Below, piece by piece: positions 57,869 to 64,000 of a stretch of DNA of 64,000 nt (position 1 is its first letter; each line of letters starts with the position of its first letter). The stretch comes from Bdellovibrionota bacterium. Lineage in GTDB: Bacteria; Bdellovibrionota_C; UBA2361; JBGSMV01. The position numbers and the translations under genes are program-made. Where the stretch lies: positions 32,001 to 96,000 of the forward strand of contig JBGSMV010000047.1 of NCBI GenBank assembly GCA_041739995.1, read 5' to 3'. Under the pieces are notes generated by a model. The model saw nothing but the letters and a program-made list of their open reading frames with translations, was not told the origin of the DNA and searched no databases.

Positions 57869-59353
57869 ATGATTTCAGCCAAAAACTCATCCGACTCTTC
57901 CCCAGCACCGATCCGACTCAAACGACGCGAGAAGGTCGCCTATGGGATAGGCGATGTGGCAAATGGCATAGCGGTCTCGAGCGTTGCCTTCTGGTTCTTA
58001 ATCTACCTTACCGACGTCGCTGGTTTGCCAGGAACCCTGGCAGGCTCAGCACTTATGATCGGTCGTGCGTGGGATGCTCTGGTAGATCCATTTGTAGGCT
58101 GGCTGAGCGATCGCACCAATACTCGCTGGGGAAAACGTCGCCCCTTTCTTCTATTCGGCGCCCTAACCTATGGCCTCGCGTTCGCTTCCATCTGGATGGT
58201 GCCTAGTTTTGAAAGCGAGACCAGCCGCTTCCTCTACGTTCTCGTGTCGTTTGTCATATTCAATTCCTCGCTCGCTTTGGTATTCATTCCCTACACCTCT
58301 CTCACCGCCTCCATGACCGACGACTACAACGAGCGAGTTTCTTTGACCGGGTACCGCATGACCTGTAGTCAAATTGCTTTCTTGATCGGTGGTTCTATCC
58401 CTCCCCTGCTTGTGGCCGCATTCGCCACAAGTTCTGGCGCAGGGGCTATGTATTTTGAAGCGCTGGGGCTCCAAAACCTATTTGGCACATGGGCCGCAAC
58501 GCCTCGCCAGGGCTACCTCCTTCTCGGTGTTACCTTTGGAATGGTGATAATTGCTTCAACACTTGCCGCGTTCTTTGGAACGCGAGAGCGCATTGCTCCG
58601 GAAGGATCACACGATGGTCATGAGGCCAACCCTTTTAAATATTTGACGGGTTTAGTTTCGGTCTGCAAGGACAACCTGGCGTTTCGTTGCTCGGTGATGA
58701 TCAAGTTGCTCTCCACCTGCGCCACCACCTTGATTGGAGTAAATATTCCCTACTATCTGACTTACGTATTGCGCATGCCTGAGCAGAAAACAGTAGTACT
58801 GGGCGTACTATTTATCTCGGCGATTCTGACCACGCCGCTGTGGGTCCTTGCTGCACGTCGATTTGGTAAAGCAGAAACCTTTCGTTTTGCCATGGGTGGA
58901 TACGTCTTGGTGCTGCTCTGCATTCTTCCTCTGCCAAGCGAGCCAACCAATCTGATCTACCCTATCGCTATTCTGGCCGGTATTTTTCACTCCGCTGCGC
59001 TCTTGCTGCCCTGGAGCATTCTTCCTGATGTCGTTGAGTTCGATGAGTTGCAGCATGGCACCCGCCGAGAGGGTTTGCTTTTCGGAGGCTCCGCTTTCGC
59101 CTACAAATTTGCCTCGGCTTTGGCGCTTTTCATAGTTGGCGTGCTGCTTGACCTGTTTGGCTACATTCCCAATCAGGCGCAGACACCAACAGCTGTTTTA
59201 GGTATAAAGCTAACAATTGCACTGGCCCCTGGCCTGTTGTTCCTGGCGAGTATTTGGAGTTCAATGTCGTATCCGCTTAGTCCAGAACGGTATCGAGAGG
59301 TGCTTGAAGAGCTGCGAGAGCGTCGCACCCAACGGAAGGACGCTGCGATTTAA
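57869..59353 (+). CDS. MFS GPH-family (MelB-like) symporter
   Basis: WDALVDPFVGWLSDRTNTRWGKRRP, PDVVEFDELQHGTRREG. Confidence 0.92.
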   Translation: MISAKNSSDSSPAPIRLKRREKVAYGIGDVANGIAVSSVAFWFLIYLTDVAGLPGTLAGSALMIGRAWDALVDPFVGWLSDRTNTRWGKRRPFLLFGALTYGLAFASIWMVPSFESETSRFLYVLVSFVIFNSSLALVFIPYTSLTASMTDDYNERVSLTGYRMTCSQIAFLIGGSIPPLLVAAFATSSGAGAMYFEALGLQNLFGTWAATPRQGYLLLGVTFGMVIIASTLAAFFGTRERIAPEGSHDGHEANPFKYLTGLVSVCKDNLAFRCSVMIKLLSTCATTLIGVNIPYYLTYVLRMPEQKTVVLGVLFISAILTTPLWVLAARRFGKAETFRFAMGGYVLVLLCILPLPSEPTNLIYPIAILAGIFHSAALLLPWSILPDVVEFDELQHGTRREGLLFGGSAFAYKFASALALFIVGVLLDLFGYIPNQAQTPTAVLGIKLTIALAPGLLFLASIWSSMSYPLSPERYREVLEELRERRTQRKDAAI

Positions 59354-59371
59354 TTTCTAAGAGGTAAATAT

Positions 59372-60019
59372 ATGTATACTGCCATTCAAAATTTGAAACC
59401 TAGCGCTACCCATCCCGCCAGATTCCAAGTTTCGAGAAGGCGCCCCCTCCTTGTTGCGTGTGTTGCCTTACTCTGTCTACTTCCTGGCTTCAGCTTTGCA
59501 CAAACGACTCAGGAGAAACTTAAAGCCTCACCTCAACCTCACATAGAGGTGCCCGCGCATCAAGCACCAGGACACGACTCCCCAGACAACCTCGACGCCT
59601 CACTGGATCACGGCCCCCACGCTGGTTTTATGAGAGGCCAAGGGGACATCCAGTCTGAACTGCTCTTGGGCCCCGGAAACGGCTTTCGTCTTTACCTCGT
59701 CGACAAAAGCTGGATGGGATTAGACCTTCACGAGTCCAGCATAGAGGTCATCGTCAAACGCAGCGCAGGAAATCAACCGCTACGTTGTGCCATTAAACCT
59801 TCCACTGAAGCGCCCGAATACTATACCTGTGAATTCTTAAAAGAGTCCGTGCTTGGGATGGGAGATGTCCTTTTTGTTAAGTTTACCAATCGTGAGAAGG
59901 CGGAAGAGACATTTAACTATACCTTTCCGTTTTCAGCCCATGAACCAAAGCTGCCCTTCCCTGCAGTGCAGGCAACATCCAATGCCGCTGCTTCGGTCGG
60001 CTCCTCGTCTTCGTCTTAG
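59372..60019 (+). CDS. Exported hypothetical protein with His-rich HGPHxG motif (possible metal binding)
   Basis: Signal peptide (SFA|Q); DHGPHAG...ELL...FRLYLVD. Confidence 0.6.
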   Translation: MYTAIQNLKPSATHPARFQVSRRRPLLVACVALLCLLPGFSFAQTTQEKLKASPQPHIEVPAHQAPGHDSPDNLDASLDHGPHAGFMRGQGDIQSELLLGPGNGFRLYLVDKSWMGLDLHESSIEVIVKRSAGNQPLRCAIKPSTEAPEYYTCEFLKESVLGMGDVLFVKFTNREKAEETFNYTFPFSAHEPKLPFPAVQATSNAAASVGSSSSS

Positions 60020-60052
60020 AAGTGGTTTTCGTATTTACTTTGAGTATTCAAT

Positions 60053-60793
60053 TCAGGATGGAGCGCTCTTGAGAAATGCTGTTGAGCAGCTTGCTTCAGC
60101 AAGCTCACAAGCATCTTCACAGTCGTCGACTTGATACGAATCAGTGCCGCATTTATAGCGGCAGGCGCCCAAAAAATGTCCGCAAGATTGAGCTCCGCGG
60201 TTCTTTTGACAACGGGTTTGCCCATCAGCACAGGCCGATTTGCAAACGTCAGCATTATCCTTTAGCCCCGCATCGAATCCTGAGCTGCCGTCTGGACACA
60301 TATCAATGCAAGCGCGGTGAGCCGTTTCACACACATCTCCAGGCGCGCTAAGTGCAGCTGTAGTCTGGGCACTGGAAACCCCCGATGCAGTTTTGACCGC
60401 ATGTGCAGCCGCGACATTTCGAATAAACGAAGCTGCATTTGCAAAGATGCGGTGAGGATCTCTCTCGGACACGCGCGTATCGCTGTCTCCATTTAGTTGA
60501 TTGGCTCTCTCTACCTCTGGCTCTTTCAGTCGAATCTTCATCGAAACACGTCGGTCCGCTACTGATTCAACTTCGGGCACTAACAACAGTGAAGATGGTT
60601 CAACAGCTGCTTGTGCCTCTTTATCAAAGCCTGAAATTCCAAGGCTCAGCAGAACAACTCCGAATGACAAGCCTACACCGAGACAAAAGAAGAGCACGAC
60701 AGCGGGTACTATCGAAGTGATTCGATACTTAGTTCGCTGCTCATGAAGCGCAGCTTCCATTTGGGAAGTTTGTTTGGGGCTCAATTTTTCCAC
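60053..60793 (-). CDS. Single-TM protein with 12-Cys C-terminal domain
   Basis: One TM, linker, (Cx6Cx3C...Cx3Cx6C) x2. Confidence 0.65.
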   Translation of the reverse strand: MEKLSPKQTSQMEAALHEQRTKYRITSIVPAVVLFFCLGVGLSFGVVLLSLGISGFDKEAQAAVEPSSLLLVPEVESVADRRVSMKIRLKEPEVERANQLNGDSDTRVSERDPHRIFANAASFIRNVAAAHAVKTASGVSSAQTTAALSAPGDVCETAHRACIDMCPDGSSGFDAGLKDNADVCKSACADGQTRCQKNRGAQSCGHFLGACRYKCGTDSYQVDDCEDACELAEASCSTAFLKSAPS

Positions 60794-61122
60794 TTTTTCC
60801 GAGAACTCCTTATCCTTTCATCCGCTCCAATCACACACTTGCTTCATTCATAGAGGGAAATACCCAGTAAGCATCATCATGAAGATTAAAAAGATGGATA
60901 TATTCAGCTGGTTAACCTCGAGCGCCCAACTGCACCATTCCTGAATAGGTCTTCAGAAAATAGTACCCTCGAGCGTACTGAGTTTAGAGTTCGATGAGTA
61001 ATTCTCGCCGAGCTCGCTGCTCTCTTTGTGAATATATTTAATGAATTACACAATGCGTTCAGCGAGAACAGCGAGAAAAAATGCTGGAATAAACTTCTGA
61101 CTCAGCACACCAATAACTCTTA

Positions 61123-61215
61123 CTAGGAGTCTGAGACGCAGACGACGACAGCGGAGATGGCAAGAACATGCAAAAGGCCGGGAGCAGACGCCGTAACCGC
61201 CTTCACCAAAGGCGG
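61123..61215. repeat. Degenerate third copy of the CTAGGAGTCTG repeat family
   Basis: CTAGGAGTCTGAGACGCAGACGACGAC versus CTAGGAGTCTGTGACACAGGCACAGACGACGAC (rc of 299-331); CCGCCTT-CACCA-AAGGCGG hairpin shares the CCGCCTTC motif. Confidence 0.6.
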
Positions 61216-61226
61216 AATTGCGTAGG

Positions 61227-62392
61227 TTAACTTTTCTGGTTAATTCCACAGACATTGAAGGGAATTGACAGAGTGACCACATGCTGCCAGTCATGGTCAC
61301 CAACCGCACGATACTCCACGCCGTAATCCACATTGAGGGAGCGGATGTACCCAGAGTTGAACGGATAGACATATCCAGCTCCGAGTGAGAATGCATTATA
61401 ATAGGCAGAGCCGTTTAGGTCATTAAGCTCCACGCGATTGTACTTATGTTCGCCAGTCCGGCATAGCGATATCCAGCGCGAACCTTGAATTCGTCATTGA
61501 GCGTCTGCTCGACACCTATTCGAGCATCGAAAGTATTTCCATTCTCTGCACCCCCCACAACGTTTGCGGGGATTGAGGATTCAACACCGCCATCACTTCC
61601 AAGGTGCCTATAGCCTGCCGACAAAGCGAGTACGGTCTGCGGGACTACCGCGAACTCCACGCCCGCGTCGATACCAAATGCGTTCGTTTGAGAATGCTCC
61701 TCGATTCCAGGGCCGTAGAGTGCGTGATGAGTGCCATGTGCACCTAATACGGATACACCGACGGTCATTTCTTCCTGCTTATACATCGCACCGAGAGTGT
61801 GCCGGAAGCCGTTTCCCATAGGATAGTGGAAAATCTGCTTCGACTGGAAGCGATCTTCTGTCCATCCGATGCTGTATCCCAAAGTAAGATCGGAACTGAC
61901 GGGGTAGGCGTAAGCAGCAACGACCTGAGTCGTCTCAGTCACTGTGTCGTAGGTGTCGTCTCGCCAATCGCCATCGCGTGAAGTCCAGGCCATACCAAAA
62001 TTACCGTAATCTGGAGGCGCATCAAGACGCGGCCCGATCGGCATTGCAAACAACGCGCTTCCATTGTTTTCACGTTGATCAACGTTCTCACCGGTGGGAA
62101 ACTCATCGCCACTTATGCGATTGTAGCTGTACGTGCCAGAAACCTCGCCATCACTCATGAATCCTAAACCCGCGGGATTTCCCAGAACACTAGAACTATC
62201 CATCGACGTTTGAGCCGAGCTGCCCGCCATTCCAAACGTCCGCGCGTTCTGCGGATACTCGTAGTAACGCTGCTGGGCCTCCTGAAAATACAGATCCCTG
62301 GTATCATCAGCCACAGCGGCCAGTGGAATGGCCAAAGCAGCTAGCCCCAGTCCGCGAAGTGAACGATGCAAGGTGTTCATGATAGCTCCCAT
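61227..62392 (-). pseudogene. FadL/PorV-like outer-membrane beta-barrel with a 1-bp frameshift (pseudogene or sequence error)
   Basis: Signal peptide; ARTFGMAG...NPAGL hatch motif; ORFs 61415-62392 and 61227-61433 join if one base is restored near 61447. Confidence 0.75.
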
Positions 62393-62520
62393 AAAATCAA
62401 GAAAAACTCTACGCGGGATAAGACCTTAGGCGCAGCCATTCGGCGTATGATCGCCGTCATGTAGAGCTCCGTTTTGCCCAAAATATTTCCGAGGGCTCTA
62501 CTAGGTCCTACATTAACCAA

Positions 62521-63102
62521 TCAAGTAGGAACCGAAACTACAAGAGCTTTTGGTGCGGCCCGACTCCCCAATTCCAAAGTGACTCCGAAACCTCGCATTC
62601 GAAGAATTTCAACTGCCGTATACACTACGCGGTACGGCGTGTGACCAATCAAGGGATACCGCTTAGAGCCTTCAGGAAGCCCTTCAGCGAGGGATCGATC
62701 CAGTCTCGATAGAAGTGTGCGAAGTTGTTTTTGTTGCCGGTCCGTCAGAGTCAAAATACCAGAAGGTGGATTGGAAAACTCGAAGACAATATCAGCCTCA
62801 TCGCGACGAGGGGCGACGCTCCAGCCCCGAGCTTGAAATCGGGCTACTACCGCCTCAGCTTCAGATTTCAACATTCTGTCGATGCCAAAACGCACTTCCA
62901 GAATGGCACGACTGTCTTGTCCAAACTGTTCGGCTAAAAAGCCTTCAATAGTAGTCAAACGCTCAGGGAAATGGAGACCGTCAGCAGAAGCGGAGGGGGA
63001 TGATTTCTTCTGCGTTTCTTGGCCTGGGTTCTCCACAGCGGCAAGCCTACCTTGATTTCTAAGGTAAGTTCTACGCCTCGCCACAGAAGACCCTTCGATC
63101 AA
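62521..63102 (-). CDS. Hypothetical protein
   Basis: 193-aa ORF; weak internal repeat (FQARGWSV / LRMRGFGV). Confidence 0.5.
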   Translation of the reverse strand: MIEGSSVARRRTYLRNQGRLAAVENPGQETQKKSSPSASADGLHFPERLTTIEGFLAEQFGQDSRAILEVRFGIDRMLKSEAEAVVARFQARGWSVAPRRDEADIVFEFSNPPSGILTLTDRQQKQLRTLLSRLDRSLAEGLPEGSKRYPLIGHTPYRVVYTAVEILRMRGFGVTLELGSRAAPKALVVSVPT

Positions 63103-63251
63103 GTCGATTGGCCGATTCCTGTGAACACACCGGGAACTTCTGAAGCTTGTGCGCCTGCAAACTCCTCCAGGCTCATTTCACGAATTGCCTCTACGACTTA
63201 AGTGGCGTCGCTGCTCGCTCACCGCATCAAAACGGATAGGGCACGGCGCAT

Positions 63252-64000
63252 TTAGCCAGGCGCGCGCAAGACGATATAAAACTCATTATAGGGTTCATAA
63301 ACATCATAGGACGCGTGAATTTCTAAATTAATGAGGCCTATAGCTCTTAGTTCCTCCACCAGCCTAAGAAAGGAGCTGTGGGTAAAGACATGCGTGTGTA
63401 CGCTCGCGTCCTTACGTTCATAATAATCTCTGGCGATCTCAAAGGCCTTCTTGGGGTCAAATCTCGGCTCGAGTGCTTCAAACTCCCCATGCCAGATCTT
63501 CGAGCTCACCACGTTCCTGAACAGATAAACAGTATCAAATGCCGCGGAGAAACTTGGGACATCTCTCGCCTCAATATAATTCTCTAAAATCCGCCCGAGA
63601 GTAGTGAGCGGACGAATAATATCAAAAGTGTACCTCTTATCGGGAACTATGAAGTACGCGCAACCACCAGGGCGCAGTATCTTTTCTATATTCTGCAACC
63701 ATCGCACCGTGTCTGGCACATGCTCAATAACGTGTGAGCCGATAACGAAGTCAAAATCATTTGGGAAATCTTTGGCGAACTCTGAGTGTCGAATCACATG
63801 CGAGACTGGAACAATTGATTGAGCGTTCGCATTGTCACGCTTGGCAAATCCTTGCAGTTCTTCAGTAGAGTAATAGTCTGCGAACTCAACATTAAGCTCT
63901 TTCACGCCGAAGAGAGGGCGATCATAGGCTCCGAACTCTAGTCCCTTGCCTTTCAAATTAAGGTGCTCGCGAGCATAGTGCTGGCGAATAGAAATGTTCG
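63252..64000 (-). CDS. Class I SAM-dependent methyltransferase (5'-partial)
   Basis: GLEFG, FDFVIGSHVIEHVPD, LRPGG, VPDKRYTFD; frame stays open to the window edge. Confidence 0.85.
   Translation of the reverse strand, partial: NISIRQHYAREHLNLKGKGLEFGAYDRPLFGVKELNVEFADYYSTEELQGFAKRDNANAQSIVPVSHVIRHSEFAKDFPNDFDFVIGSHVIEHVPDTVRWLQNIEKILRPGGCAYFIVPDKRYTFDIIRPLTTLGRILENYIEARDVPSFSAAFDTVYLFRNVVSSKIWHGEFEALEPRFDPKKAFEIARDYYERKDASVHTHVFTHSSFLRLVEELRAIGLINLEIHASYDVYEPYNEFYIVLRAPG

Overview
A gene-dense bacterial chromosomal segment of roughly 50 CDS. I found no rRNA, tRNA, CRISPR array, transposase or phage genes. Lipoproteins, an outer-membrane barrel and Tad pili point to a diderm; a Bdellovibrionota or deltaproteobacteria-like host is only a guess. 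In order, the window holds: (1) a Tro/Mnt-type metal ABC operon interrupted by a 199-bp inverted-repeat element and a subtilase gene, ending in a permease-DtxR fusion; (2) ferredoxin, tpx, a SAM hydrolase-like gene and the protease / 7TM inactive transglutaminase / glutamate-ligase triad; (3) MBL hydrolase, rlmD, msrA, lipoproteins and an orphan nuoB; (4) a secretin-less Tad/Flp pilus operon that ends in a response regulator and a hybrid kinase; (5) a second subtilase and a thioredoxin-bacilliredoxin pair; (6) the imuA-imuB-dnaE2 mutasome; (7) a ~12-kb minus-strand run with a CHR transporter, sulfotransferase, CotH-like kinase, cysQ, cysD, cysNC, a TrpF-like barrel, a SWEET-like membrane protein and a collagen-like protein; (8) an MFS transporter, small envelope proteins, a frameshifted FadL/PorV-like barrel and a partial methyltransferase. 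The best candidates for new biology are the PAPS/sulfation block with its unusual partners, a small CTAG-bounded repeat family, and the Tad-linked signalling pair. All calls come from reading motifs by eye; no searches were run.
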